Shown here: one piece after another, positions 23,155 to 36,702 of the stretch
Numbering within the stretch: the first letter of the stretch is position 1
How the letters are laid out: each line of letters starts with the position of its first letter
Source of the DNA: Octopus sinensis
Taxonomy: Eukaryota
NCBI RefSeq assembly: GCF_006345805.1
Contig: NC_043013.1
Coordinates: 8,990,001-9,054,000 of the forward strand
Length of the DNA: 64,000 nt
Direction: 5' to 3'
Position numbers and translations under genes: made by a program
The notes under the pieces: generated by a model
Seen by the model: only the letters and a program-made list of their open reading frames with translations
Databases searched by the model: none
What the model was told of the DNA's origin: nothing

Positions 23155-24331
23155 TATGCATTTTGACAAAATGGATCAGGATGTCTTCGGTTGTTGGTCT
23201 ACCTGATTAGAACTAGCTTAGGGCTAAACGACAACAACCCCTTCCTCCACCCTTCACTATAGTCAATGGCCTTGAGTTTTAGATTCTGGACTATTGATCA
23301 CATAGTTCTATCGCTATAACATACTTAATGCACACAACATTAAATAAAAGCTAAGATGAAATAATGAATCATTAATTGATATACTAATTTAATTATTTCA
23401 ACAAGTCTAGACAAGTTCCATTTATGTTAATAGTTAATTTTTTTTTAATGTACTCTAACATCCAATAGGCCAACATTAACTTTGTTTTTCTTGCAGATGG
23501 TGTCTCTGAGTAATTCATTCTTTAAAATATTGAATCAGCTACACCGACCAGCGAACTTCTCTTTTGTATATTTACTTAATAATTCATGTGACAGTGTCTG
23601 CCCGATGGTTTCAACATTGATTTCATGATCACAAGGTGATGGGTTCAATTCCTGGATAGGGCAAGGTACTTCATTTCACATTGTCCTCCATCTACTCAAT
23701 ACTCCAAAGTTCTGTAGCATCCTCCCTTTCATTGTAGCTGTACACATATTCAATGTTTTCTTGGATCAAGAGTAGGCAGACCAAGATAGCATATAAGTCT
23801 GTTTACAAATACCAACTACTTAAAACAATTACCTAAAGCATAGCACATTATCAAGTCATCCTTGTTTGTGAATGTTGGCTATGATATTTAGCCGTCCTTT
23901 TGTCACTACTATAGCAAATGCATTGAAAAAAGTTTTTTACTGATGAGACCATAATAAGGCTGAAGCATGTCCTATACTTCTTTTATCTTTTACTTGTTTC
24001 AGCCACTGGACTGTAGCTAATGCTGGGACCCCACCTTGAAAATATTAACCAAATAAATCATCCCAAGCTCTTAGTTTCTTCTTAAGTCTGATACTTAGTC
24101 TATCAGTCTCTTTCGCCTAATTGCAGGGACATAAACAAACAAACAAACAGTTGGTTGTGAAATGGTGTTGTGGAACAAACACAACAACACTTACATACAT
24201 AAATACATACACACACATACATAGGTAGGTATGTATGTGTGTGTGTGTATATATTTTTATTTTTATTTATTTTATTTTTATCTAGTTTCAGCTCACGAGC
24301 TGTGACCATGCTGGGGCACTGCCATTTGCTG

Positions 24332-24376
<45 letters not shown>

Positions 24377-24401
24377 GATACAAACAGACAGACAGACAGA
24401 C

Positions 24402-24448
<47 letters not shown>

Positions 24449-24654
24449 CTGATGTATATGTAACTGTTAGTTATGGCTAGTCACAAAGTTACAATAGATA
24501 TCATGTCTATTATTGCTCTTAGCAATATATATTGCAAAAATAGATGTGAAGGCAATAGTAACTTTCTGACCATAAACCAATGACTACATAAAATATTACA
24601 GCTAAAACACATTGTTTAGGATGTGTTTTTCTTCTGATTTATGTATAACTGACC

Positions 24655-24717
<63 letters not shown>

Positions 24718-24801
24718 CTTCCATTTTCCTGAGCGCCTAATAATAATAATACTGTAATTGTTCCACGTGTTGTTGTTTTTTCTGTTTTCCCGTTTGTATT
24801 A

Positions 24802-24864
<63 letters not shown>

Positions 24865-25329
24865 ACGACTCTTTAAGTTCTGAGTTCAAATCACGCCAAG
24901 GTCAAATTTGTCTTTTATCCTTCCGGGTTCAATAAAGCAAAATTATAATGGCGGAGATTTAAAATAGCTATCCTTTGAAGCCCCTTGTCTCAGAGTAAAG
25001 GGAAAAGGGTATTTTTTCCTCTCTTCATTTTTTGGGTAATCTTATATTTCATACTATGGAAATTACGAAAGAATTTTTTATCCAAAGATATAATGTATTT
25101 TTACATTTTGCTCTCTCACCTCCTGTCAAATCCATACTCGTTTCCTTTTCTATGAAGGAAGGATAGCTATATCAAAACTCCAGCGTTACATTCAACCACT
25201 GTAGCTATATATAAATTTCTATAATGCAATTGTGAGATGAATGAAATTATTAACAGAAGAGTATTTACTGCTTGCATATTTTCTTTATTTTTATTTTTTA
25301 CATTCTATTTCCCACTTGCTGCACTATTG

Positions 25330-25570
25330 TCCCTCTCCTCCTTCACAATGCAAATGTACCCTGTCGCTGAGCTCTCCTCACTTATGAGTTTATCACCAAA
25401 AGCAACATGATATCAATTCCTCACACACCGTATCCGCTTGTGGACTTCCATCTCTTCCTCAAAAATGAAAATGCAGCTCAAAGGTTGCTGTTTTAACGCC
25501 GTTGTCACTTGCTTACAGAAAACGACTTCCAGGTCAGATTCCAAGAGTGGTAGGCATGGAGATGATGTTA
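25330..25570 (+). mobile_element. Degraded mariner relic
   Basis: caccgtat...gacttccatctcttcctcaaaaatgaaaatgcagctcaaagg resembles PPYSPDLAP.DFHLF.KMKMQLKG with indels. Confidence 0.5.
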
Positions 25571-26544
25571 AAACTTAGGTAAATAAGTTATTTTTTAATA
25601 AACATAACTAGTCCAGGAATTTTTTGTTACCGCTTTTGATATATATATTTTCTATGTTTTATCTCTTACTTGTTTCAGCATCAGACTGCGGCCATGCTGG
25701 GGCACCCCCTTGAAGGGCTTTAGTCAAATGAATCAACCCTAGTACCTTTTCTTCTTTAAAGCCTGGTACTTATTCTATCAGTCTCTTTTGCCAAACAACT
25801 GAGTTACAGGGATGTAAACACACCAACACCGGTTGTCAAGTAGTGATGGGGGACAAACACTTACAGACACAAAGATATATATGTGTATATATGTATATAT
25901 GTGTGTGTGATGGGCTTCTTTCAATTTTCATCGACAAAATTCACTCACAAGGTCAGCCTGAGGCTATAGTAGAAGATTCAAGGTGTGACACAATAGGACT
26001 AAACCGAGGACCACGTGGCTGGGAAGCAAATTTCTTACCACACAACCATGCTTGCACAGACCTTTGGTGATGTGCTGTACTTGGGAGGACGACCCATCAA
26101 GCTAAGGGCACCCATGCTGGTGGAATGTAAAGAACACCTTTTGAGCATTGGGCCTCACAGAGGCAAAGTATCTGAGTTCCTTTTGTGCGTTGGGCCTCAC
26201 AGAGGCAATGACTGAGAATTTGGCATTATGTTGTTCTTGAGAATAGCCATCAAGCTGAGCAAAATCACCATCATGGCAGATACCAGTGTCACGCAAATTG
26301 GCACCCATGCTCATGGCACATAAAAGCACCATGGTGTCATGCAAATGGCACCTGTGCGAGTGGCACGTCAAAGCACCCAGTACAGTCTTGGAGTGGTTGG
26401 CATTAGGAAGGACATCCAGCCATAGAAAATCATGCCGAATCAGACTGGAGTCTGGTGCAGCCTTCCAGCATGCCAGCCCAGTCAGACCATCCAACCCATG
26501 CCAGCCTGGACAATGGACATTGAATGATGATGATGATGATGATA

Positions 26545-26930
26545 CGCACACACACACATACACACATACATATACACATATATAAATATACACACACGCA
26601 TATATACATATACACACATATATGCATACACACACACACACATATACGCATATATAAATATATACACATACACACACACACATATATATGCATACACACA
26701 CACACACATATATATACACATATATAAATACACACACATATATACATATACACACATATATGCATACACACACACACATATACGCATATATAAATATATA
26801 CACATACACACACACACATATATATGCATACACACACACACATATATATATACATATATAAATACACACACACATATATACATATACACACATATATGCA
26901 TACACACACACACACACATATATATATACA
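26545..26930. repeat. CA/TA microsatellite with about 135-bp higher-order period
   Basis: Interruptions (tatacgcatatataaata, tatatgcatac) recur in the same order about 2.5 times. Confidence 0.75.
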
Positions 26931-27167
26931 ATGGGCTTCCACACAGCATCTACCAAATTCACTCGCAAGGCATTGGTCAGCCCTAAACTATACTAGAAAA
27001 TATTTGCCCAAGGCTGTGCAATGAGACTAAACCTCAGACCACATATTTGCAAGGTTAGCTTCTTAACCACAAAGCCATGCCTGTGCCTACATGCTGAAAA
27101 TAATTCAAATATAATTAATCAATGATTAATATTACTTTTTCCCACACGCACTGCATAAATAATGATA

Positions 27168-27570
27168 GGCATAGGAGTGGCTGTGTGGTAAGTAGCTTGC
27201 TTACCAACCACATGGTTCTGGGTTCGGTCCCACTGCATGGCACATTGGACAAGTGTCTTCTACTATAGCCTCGGGCCGACCAAAGCCTTGTGAGTGGATT
27301 TGGTAGATGGAAACTGAAAGAAGCCCGTCGCATATATGTATGTGTGTGTGTGTATATGTTTGTGTGTCTGTGTTTGTCTCCCCAACATCACTTGACAACC
27401 GATGCTGGTGTGTTTACGTCTCCATAACTTAGCAGTTTGGCAAAAGAGACCGATGGAATAAGTACTAGGCTTACAAAGAATAAGTCCTGGGGTTGATTTG
27501 CTCAACTAAAGGCAGTGCTCCAGCATGGCCACAGTCAAATGACTGAAACAAGTAAAAGAGTTAAAAGAGA
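27168..27570 (+). mobile_element. Dominant SINE, full-length copy
   Basis: Same head, body and tail as 587-991. Confidence 0.85.
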
Positions 27571-27826
27571 GTTATCAATATGTACACATCCCTAAGGTGG
27601 CGAGCTGGCAGAATCGTAAGCTTACATACAAAATGCATAGTGACATTTTATCTATCTTTATGTTCTGAGTTCAACTTCTGCCAGGATCAACTTTGCTTTT
27701 CATCCTTTCAGGGTCAACAAACTGAGTACCAGTTGAGCACTGGGGTCAATGTAACAGACTTGCACCTTCCCACAAAATTGCTAGCCTTGAGCCAAAACTT
27801 GATAGCAATGTGTACACATCCCAAAT

Positions 27827-28253
27827 TTTTACTCTCTTTTTACTCTTTTACTCTTTTACTTGTTTCAGTCATTTGACTGCGGCCATGCTGGAGCACCACC
27901 TTTAGTCGAGCAAATCGATCCCGGGACTTATTCTTTGTAAGCCCAGTACTTAATCTATTGGTCTCTTTTGCCGAACCGCTAAGTGACGGGGACGTAAACA
28001 CACCAGCATCAGTTGTCAAGCAATGCTAGGGGGACAAACACACACACACAAACATACACACAAATACATATATATATATATATACATATATACGACGGGC
28101 TTCTTTCAGTTTCCGTCTACCAAATCCACTCACAAGGCATTGGTCGGCCTGAGGCTATAGTAGAAGACACTTGCCCAAGGTGCAACGCAGTGGGACTGAA
28201 CCCGGAACCATGTGGTTGGTAAGCAAGCTACTTACCACACAGCCACTCCTGCG
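27827..28253 (-). mobile_element. Dominant SINE, full-length copy
   Basis: Same head, body and tail; tail octamer repeated three times. Confidence 0.85.
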
Positions 28254-28639
28254 CTTTGTAAACTATTTCAACTGAATTGTTTTCAAAAAGTGTGTATAAA
28301 ATAAGGACTGTGGTTGTTTGAGTCCTTTGTTCTTTCTTTTTTTCTTTCTTTTTTTCTTTTTCTTTTTTTTTGTAGGTCATCCAGTTCTTCTCTATGGTTG
28401 TCAGACAGCATTCAGAAATAAAGTTGGGTCGACTTGATCTTTCATGTGAAACTGTGTGACCCAGGTTGCCATTTTAAAGACATTTCTGTTTTGCTTTATC
28501 TTGTAAAACTTTAACATTCAGATTATTTTGACAAATGTAATGCTTATTTATTCACATTACTTAGAATTTATCCTACATTATCTTGTAGCCTTGAGATCTG
28601 TATGACATGATTGTGTATTTGAACATAAAACATGCAGAA

Positions 28640-30100
28640 TATTTGGGATGGCTGTATACAATAAAACTCAACTACCATTCCCGGACATTCTAATAATCAA
28701 AACAGACAAAAACATTGAAATAGACATTCGTTACAAACCAACAGATTCTAAACAATACCTGTTGTTCTCCTCATGCCATTCCAAACACAAAGAGACTAAT
28801 ATTCCTTTTAATACAGCAAGAAGAATCGGCACAATTGTTTTAAACATTGAAACTTGTAACAAAGGACTCAAGAGAAAATATCTGTCAACGTTAATAGACA
28901 ATGGAATAAAGTGTGCCAAAGCAATAGATATTCAAGACCCCTATCTTACCCAGGATATTAATCGTCTGGAAATTGTTCAGTGACGTGCAACCAAGAGAAT
29001 ACCCTCTGTCAGGCATTTGCCATATTCTGAATGCCTTACTTCCCTGGGCATGAATACATTGAAACTCCGATGTCTGGCAGCTGACTTGGCAGACACCCAT
29101 AAAATTATTAACCATCTTACTAACAATAACTCTGAACACCTTTTCAAACTCCACCTGTCTAACACCCGTGGACATGTTTACAAAGTCAGAAAACAGCACA
29201 GCTCCCATGACTTTCAGAAACATTTTTTTCACACTAAGAGTTGCTGAAGTATGGAACAAACTGCCGGCATCAGTTGTTAGTTGTCGGAGCACTGCATCCT
29301 TCAAAACTTCCATGCTTCCTGACATTCACCAACACTACACCTGATTTTCTCCCCTCCATACACACGCAAGCATGTATCTGACTCATACACTGTTCCCTTT
29401 CTAGACATTTGTACATTACTGCATATGCTTTATATGCACTTTCTGACAAGTTGTGCTGCACCTGAGCACTGTATACAATAATTTCATTACATTATATTAA
29501 TTGCAAAAATTTTTTTAAAAACCACTTCCGATATGCCCAATGCTCTACCCTTTATTACAACAAATAGCTCAAAAACACAGAGGTTTGAAACTTCGTCAAC
29601 CAGAACATTCCACTACTGAGACAAGACTGAAGAATGAAACAAGCACTTGAAATATACAAAATAATTAAAAGCATAAGACAATCAAAATCCCTCAAGCAAC
29701 TGCTCACCAATGCTAAATTACCCTCCACAAACACCACACAAATAGTCAAAAAGTGTGACCACCCTAATTGCAGTACTTGCTTTAACCTCATAAAAAGTCA
29801 TTTTATCACTTCCCCCCAAAATTTAATATATGATATTAAATGTAAAGGACGTAATGAGGATTATATAGGTCAAACTAAACTTGCTCTTAGAAACAGACTA
29901 ATTATTCATATACAAGAAATACAAAACCTCAGTACTATACACATAGATATATATACAAAAATAAGTCTCCTAAGTTCTAAATCTGTTCACTTCACCTTTG
30001 TTCAGTCAATATCACAGACCAAGCACAGATAAATAAAGAAAATATATTCATACAAATTAAGACTGAATAAACTTTAACAAACTATATTCACACACAAACT
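28640..30100 (+). mobile_element. Penelope-like element relic (RT C-terminus and GIY-YIG endonuclease), interrupted by a LINE
   Basis: LPFPDILIIK...IRYKPTDSKQYLLFSSCHSKH..NIPFNTARRI (28648-28930) and CDHPNCSTC...NLIYDIKCKG..EDYIGQT..LRNRL..H (29634-30032). Confidence 0.85.
28937..29499 (+). mobile_element. CR1/L2-group LINE 3' fragment nested in the Penelope relic
   Basis: RLEIVQ*RATKRIP..LPYSECLTSLGMNTLKLR...SNTRGHVYKVRKQ. A shorter piece of the same family lies at about 31805-31930. Confidence 0.8.
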
Positions 30101-30911
30101 CATACTACTACCTGATGTTTATACAGCTAATAACCTAAACTTAGGGCACAGTCATGACCTTTCCCCATATGACACTAACACAGAAGTTAAGTGAACAAAA
30201 TTTGATGCCTGCATATATAAACACAAACAAACAACTATTCAATGACCAGGCTACAAAAAAAACAACTCCTGTCCACTCTACCAGTTGACATTTTAAATTT
30301 AGAGAGCCTTATTTTGGGACTGTCACTAGACATGTTTAGTCAACCGTGTCAGCGTTATTTTCAGTGTGAAAAATATAGTCATATGATATTAATGCACAGA
30401 CTTGGTGGGAAACTTACCAAGATTACTACCTACAACCATGTGATTTTCCTTTACTATGTTTGACATAAAATTCAGACAGTTTTGATTGTTAAGGATTGTT
30501 ATGAGATATGTAAACACATAAATATATTCACTCAGCCATGACAGCTTTAACTAACAGCACCAAACATATTGTTGCATAACATTAAAAAAACTAATGAGCA
30601 TAGTGGAAAATTTGCAAAAATTTCTAAACCTGATCATTTTATCATCTTTGGTCAATCAAATTGTATCCAAAACCAATGCTAAATTGAATCCTGTTCTTTC
30701 CATAAACATGAGACAATTTTTGAATCCCAACTAGAAGCAAGACAGTTACAGTATAGCTCCATGTCTTCCTATTTTAACTTTTGAAAATCATAGAGGTCTA
30801 AAAAAAAAAAAATAAAATATCTAAACAAATTCCAGTGCCTTTTCAACTTCTTTTTTCTATATTTCTACCTGTGTGGAATAAAATAACTTTGTTTATATAT
30901 ATATATATATC

Positions 30912-31232
30912 GCATGGCTCAGTGGTTAGAGCGTCGAGCTTACGATCGTGAGGTTGTCAGCTCGAATCCCGGACCGGGCTACGTGTTGTGTTTTTGAGCA
31001 AGACACTTTATTTCACGTTGCTCCAGTTCACTCAGCTGTAGAAATGAGTTGCAACGTCACTGGTGCCAAGCTGTATCGACCTTTGTCTTTCCCTTGGATA
31101 ACACTGGTGGCGTGGAGAGGGGAGGCTGGTATGCATGGGCGACTGCTGGTCTTCCATAAACAACCTTGCCCGGACTTGTGTCTAGGAGGGTAACTTTCTA
31201 GGTGCAATCCCATGGTCATTCATGACCGAAGG
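30912..31232 (+). mobile_element. Fourth tRNA-derived SINE family (ttgagcaagacactttatttcacgttgctccag domain)
   Basis: A box tggctcagtgg. Related copies at about 1320-1635, 34378-34660, 47995-48540 and 57020-57290. Confidence 0.7.
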
Positions 31233-31285
31233 GGGTCTTTACCCTATATATACTTTATTTAAAAGCAGCAGAAATTCAACAAAAG

Positions 31286-31323
31286 CTGTTACTCGGAGTT
31301 TCACGTTCCCATTCGTCGGACAG
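31286..31323 (-). ncRNA. Very compact hammerhead-like motif with U4C core variant
   Basis: Minus strand: CTGT CCGACGA ATG-GGAA-CGT GAAA CTC-C-GAG TA ACAG. Stem I 4 bp, stem II 3 bp with GGAA loop, odd-palindrome stem III. Confidence 0.6.
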
Positions 31324-31444
31324 TTTTAACAAAACTGTCCGACGAACAGGAAAGTGGATTTCTTTAAGCACTTAAATAAAGCATATTACTCTACCTCTGG
31401 TATTTGAGTACTCTTTTATCCACCTTGTTTCGCATTTATGTGTT

Positions 31445-31477
31445 TACTCCAGTATATATATATAATATAATATAATA

Positions 31478-31568
<91 letters not shown>

Positions 31569-31570
31569 AT

Positions 31571-31608
<38 letters not shown>

Positions 31609-31615
31609 ATATAAT

Positions 31616-31646
<31 letters not shown>

Positions 31647-31653
31647 ATATAAT

Positions 31654-31715
<62 letters not shown>

Positions 31716-31755
31716 ATGTATGTGTGTTTGTATATATATATATATATATATATGC
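31445..31755. repeat. Long (TA)n tract with repeated ataatataatttatatg interruptions
   Basis: Direct reading. Other long (TA)n tracts at about 21533-21617, 21865-21925, 24658-24712, 24805-24861. Confidence 0.9.
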
Positions 31756-32273
31756 ATGGACGTTAAACGAAGATGATGATGATGATGATGATATATATAT
31801 ATATATATTTTCATGCTCACGGTTGCTGAGGCATGGAACAAACCATCTGCATCAGTTGTTAGCTGCCGAGACTTGCATACTTTAAAACCTCCATGCTTCC
31901 TGAAATTTTCCAACACTACACCTGATATCCACCCCCTCCTGTCCCCTAACAGATTTTGTTTTCCCACCTCTTTCTCTGTCTGCCTCTGTTTCTGCCACCT
32001 TTGACTGAACCCTGAAGGATTGTTTTGGCCATTCTTGATGAGAGGATGACTTACCCAAACTACCTGAGCTTGTGTTTCTTTACTGTGAAATTCCTCACAA
32101 GGCCCTACCGACCACCTTATTCTTCGTTTCATCATAGGAATTTAAAACTTCGAGTGAACATAAAATAATTTTTTGGGAGAGGTGAAACTCAAAGCAGATA
32201 AAACTATGTGCATGTGTCTGGGTGTTTACTGTTATCGTCATGCTTAACACATGTTAAGGAAGCAGTGACTCAC

Positions 32274-32407
32274 CTACTTTGATTAAATGTGAAAATTTTC
32301 ACTTTAACCTGCTTATATTTGCCAATTATTTTCTGTGTGTCTTCATCAGTATTGAAGGAATTCATAAGAACCAGGGGTACATCAGTGTCATATTTTTTAT
32401 TTAAATG
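32274..32407 (-). CDS. UGP2: UDP-glucose pyrophosphorylase exon ([45 protein letters not shown])
   Basis: [15 protein letters not shown] and FNQSR motifs, ttttttcag acceptor, gtgagt donor, 134 nt, phase 0/2. Too short for the ORF track. Confidence 0.98.
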
Positions 32408-32591
32408 CTGAAAAAAAAAAACAAGTAAAAAAAAAAGTCTCAAAAATGACTATCAATAACAACAACAAACAGAACAAATGATGAATCTGGCAACTGAATC
32501 TGCACAAAAGAAAACTGCAAATGGTAAAAGACTTCTGTCCATTGTTAGAGATTTATTCCAGCAAGATGGGGATAAACACTTTATGTTGTGT

Positions 32592-32630
<39 letters not shown>

Positions 32631-32906
32631 CATTATAGAACACACTGTAAAGTGGTCGGCATTTGGAAGGACATCCAGCTGTAAAAACCTTGCCAAAATT
32701 GACTTTGCCTCTGCTTGTGCCACGTAGAAAGCACCAAGTCTACTCTGCTGGGTGGTTGGTGTTAGAAGGGGTATCCAGCTGTAAAAATCCTGCCAAAACA
32801 GTCATAGGAACCTGGTGCAGGCTTCTGCCTGGTCAGCTCCTATCAAACTGTGTCACTCATGCCAACATGGAAGCTGGATGTTAAATGATGATGAGGATGA
32901 TGATGA

Positions 32907-32947
<41 letters not shown>

Positions 32948-33379
32948 ATAGGATTAGCTCGTATATGAGTAGGTATATATTTGTAAAAAATGAAGTTCGA
33001 AAATGCTGCTGTATTATACAATTTTTAATTTTTATATATATATTATAACATGTTTCAGTTCCTGAAATGAACCTTATCAAAAAAAGTTATATATAAAAAA
33101 AGACAGCTCATGCCGTCAAACACAAGAAATTCATTTATAATACACAACGGAGTCAGACATCTTAGAGTTCATGTATAGTTGATATATAGTTCATGTATAG
33201 TTGATATATAGTTTGAAGTATATGTTCAAAGTGTTCGATATATATATATAATAGTTAAACACAATGTCAAACATTAAGGCAAAGCAAATATCTCAAGTCA
33301 TAAACAATATTATTGTAGGAAGAAATTCAAAATCTTATAGCTGTAAGATTTTGAATTTCTTCCTATATGATAACGGTAT

Positions 33380-33840
33380 GAGCCAAATTGATATCAACAT
33401 TTCCATCAAATGGTACTTTCCCATTTCCTAATTGGAGGAGCCAGATTGAAAACTGTTCTGCGCATTGATCCCCATGTACTAAAGCTCACACATTAGTATT
33501 GAAGGAGGATTTCTGTACTTAATTCCATAGGTGTGAAGACTTAATGCATGCTTTTATTTCATCAGGTCTTGTTTGTCTCGGAATGACTGGTAATGTCTGT
33601 CTGAAGCCTCCTGATAAAAACTAATGTAACTCCTTCCATAGATTTATTGTTGCCTCTTATGTCCTGTAAGATCTTATCAAGAGATTCCATTGCACCTTTA
33701 TGTAACATGGTGCATTCATCCTAAATGATAAGGTGGTATTGGTGCAACACTTCTGCTGAACATGAATCTTTGCTTATGTTACAAATTGGACTGTCATTTG
33801 GGACTAGGTTTAGCAGTAATTTAAAAGCAGAATGTGCTCT
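33380..33840 (-). mobile_element. Helitron helicase (Pif1-like) coding relic
   Basis: AHSAFKLLLNL..PICNISK..HLII*DECTMLHKGAMESLDKILQDIRGNN and SGGFRQTLPVIPRQTRPDEIKACIKSSHLW; contains stops and a frameshift. Confidence 0.85.
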
Positions 33841-33921
33841 AACGTTTCTGCCAGCTCGCCCCCCACCCCTAGACAACAGTTCTGGAATGAGTTCATTAGA
33901 AGTGTTCAAATGTGTTCTTCA

Positions 33922-34191
<270 letters not shown>

Positions 34192-34675
34192 TCATTGTTA
34201 ACTTTTGGTGTTGATATTAGTTGTACAAATGAAGGAGCCTACAAAAGGTTCTCACCTTGTTAGAGGTAACAACTAAACATGCAGCAAATTGCACCCAGCT
34301 ATTTTAAAAATGAAAGGACATATTGGATAAAGTAGTCACCAAGAGAGAAAGGACTGATTTCATATATGTGTGTGTGTGAAGGCACTTGACCTAGTGGTTA
34401 GGGTGTCGCACTCATGATCACTAAATTGTGGGTTCAATTCCTGGACTGGCTGACTTATTTAATTCTTGAGCAAAACACTTAATTTCACATAGCTCTCTGC
34501 AGTCACTTCTACACATCTGACGTGTCACACACTTATGTACCTGATAAAGGTAATGTCAATTTGAAGGAGAAAGTGGGCTATTGTATTGTGAATATGTTTG
34601 ATCATTCTGATTAATTCATTTGAGCAGGTTGTTCAGTAAAAGCTGAATGCTTATATGTTGCCTTTGAGAGATTTT

Positions 34676-34721
<46 letters not shown>

Positions 34722-35720
34722 GAGGCGGAATGGCCTAGTGGTTAGGGCAGCGGACTTGTGGTCATAGGATCGCGGTTTCGATTCCCAGACCGGGCGTTGT
34801 GAGTGTTTATTGAGCGAAAACAACTAAAGCTCCACGAGGCTCCGGCAGGGGGTGGTGGCGATCCCTGCTGTACTCTTTCGCCACAACTTTCTCTCACTCT
34901 TTCTTCTGTTGGCCTGCTCGCTTAGCCAGCGGGGTGGCGTCATTTGAAGGCTAAAACAATGCGAAGTGCATTGTGACCAGCGATGTGTAACATATCAATG
35001 TAAGATCCAGGGATAGAGCTGTAGGAAGAAAGTTAGCTTCAAGCAATCTGTAGTAAATATAAAAAAAGAAAACTTCCAGGAATAATAGTGGTTTATTGAG
35101 ATGGAAGGTTGCAGATTTTTTTCCGTTATCAAAGAACAATGAACTGAAAAGAAGTACTTTTTATATTTCTTGGTAAGCAGCCAGGGTTGCTGAATGTAAG
35201 AAAAAGAATAAAAGAGTTATGGAATGGAGTATTGGAAATCCAGGCAACATATGTTTGTCTTGCAAACAACTTGCACATGCAAGTGCTACCAGTTAAAAGT
35301 TCCGTATACCGGAAGCTAGCAAGTGTATGGGGTCATCAGGAGAGAATGCGCGCCGTTTCAGGGCCAACCTCTCGATGGCATCAATGCACACCGCCCCCCC
35401 CCTCACTGATATGAGGCCTCGCTTGCTAGATCAGCTGGTTATGAAGAACTCAATATACTTCTAGCCATCGCTCATTGTCTCTTTTTAACCAAATCCAGTG
35501 GCTAGCCTTCTCCACTGTAGATTGGATATCAGTCATGGTGGTATTGACTGATATAGTGACTGGAACCTCAGAAGTGGTAAAATTCAAGTGAGGTGTATAC
35601 TGCAGGTTACTTTTCAGGGTAAGAATATCTTGATTAGATTAAAGGCTACATTGTCACAAGGAGGTTGACATAAAGAGGATTCAATCAGAATGTGTCTTTA
35701 TATATATGTATATATATATA

Positions 35721-35987
35721 CTGTTGTGTCTGGGGAGAGTCATTTTCTTTTTGTGCCTTATAATTTAACACACACACTGGTAAAATTTCCACTTATTTTT
35801 TATTTTTATTTTCCTAAAAATTTCATTGTGTCTTGCAACCCTTTCAATAATCAAGACTATTGAAAATGTTTGCAAGACACAACGAAAATTTTAGGGAAGT
35901 AAAAATAAGAAATAATTGGAAATTTTACTGATGGGTGTGTTAAATTATAAGGCACAAAAAGAAAATGACTCTCCCCAGGCACAACAG
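35721..35987. repeat. Palindromic element, arms about 128 bp
   Basis: Same family as 16568-16779, with longer arms around aatcaagac. Confidence 0.85.
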
Positions 35988-36298
35988 AATATGCTTCAAC
36001 ACACGAACTCACATAAAGAATCTTGCAAACCAAATCCAAAAACGAAATATATATATATATCAGAAAGGTTGAGTTCAATTAGAACATTTTTACTTTGGTG
36101 GGTTTTTTTTAGTTCTTACACAACTAGACTCAACACTACCTAAGCATGCTTTTATATTTCATCTTTCACAATCTTTTTATTAATATCCGAATGAGTTATG
36201 TGACACAGACGCAATGTAACCTCCTGTAACGACATAATTTTCCTCTGTTACGACTTTTCTAATGTATCATTCATCTTATGCACTGAGGAGAATGGTAA

Positions 36299-36702
36299 TC
36301 TATATATATAAAAGTGAGGTTGTGTGCTGTCTGTCTCCTACGATTTAGATTCCTAACTATTCCCACATTTTGCAGTGCAGTTTAACCAAAAGCGGGTATC
36401 TTATAGTCGTGATTCATATCGAGCCCTTCTGGGTATTAGCGTGCATCTACAATGAGTCTACGATTTAAAAAAAAATTTACCATCATTTTTTCCCATTTTT
36501 AATGCATTTTTTTTTGCTATTATATAAGGGAAGTAACTCTCTAAAAATGTATTATTAAATCTCAGAACGTAAAAAGCTACAGTAACACCCCCCTCCCTTT
36601 GTGGTTAGCCATATTGAGATGGCTATTATACTTTACATCTCTAAAAATGCTTATATAGTTATTTCCCTTACAAACCCGAGCAACACCGGGCAATACTGCT
36701 AG
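36299..36702 (+). mobile_element. Non-autonomous Helitron
   Basis: A|TCTATATATATAAAAG start, hairpin cccgagcaacaccggg, CTAG|T end. Confidence 0.85.

Noticed and set aside
26102-26968. Longest ORF in the track (288 aa, V/C/Y/I-rich) and similar ORFs such as 31416-32135
   Set aside because: They are stop-free readings of CA/TA microsatellites with no protein-like composition.
32240-32261. U12 branch-like TTCCTTAAC with an AG 10 nt downstream, just after the donor of exon 32274
   Set aside because: It lies only 12 nt inside a GT-AG intron and no U12 donor is available upstream; probably chance.
33870-33912. HLNTSNELIPELL reading resembling the start of the next UGP2 exon
   Set aside because: No AG acceptor, and the true exon ([18 protein letters not shown]) is at 32274-32407.
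35321-35440. GAAAC and CTGATGA close together on the minus strand
   Set aside because: Only 16 nt separate them in this order, too few for stems III and I, and no complementary stem II was found.
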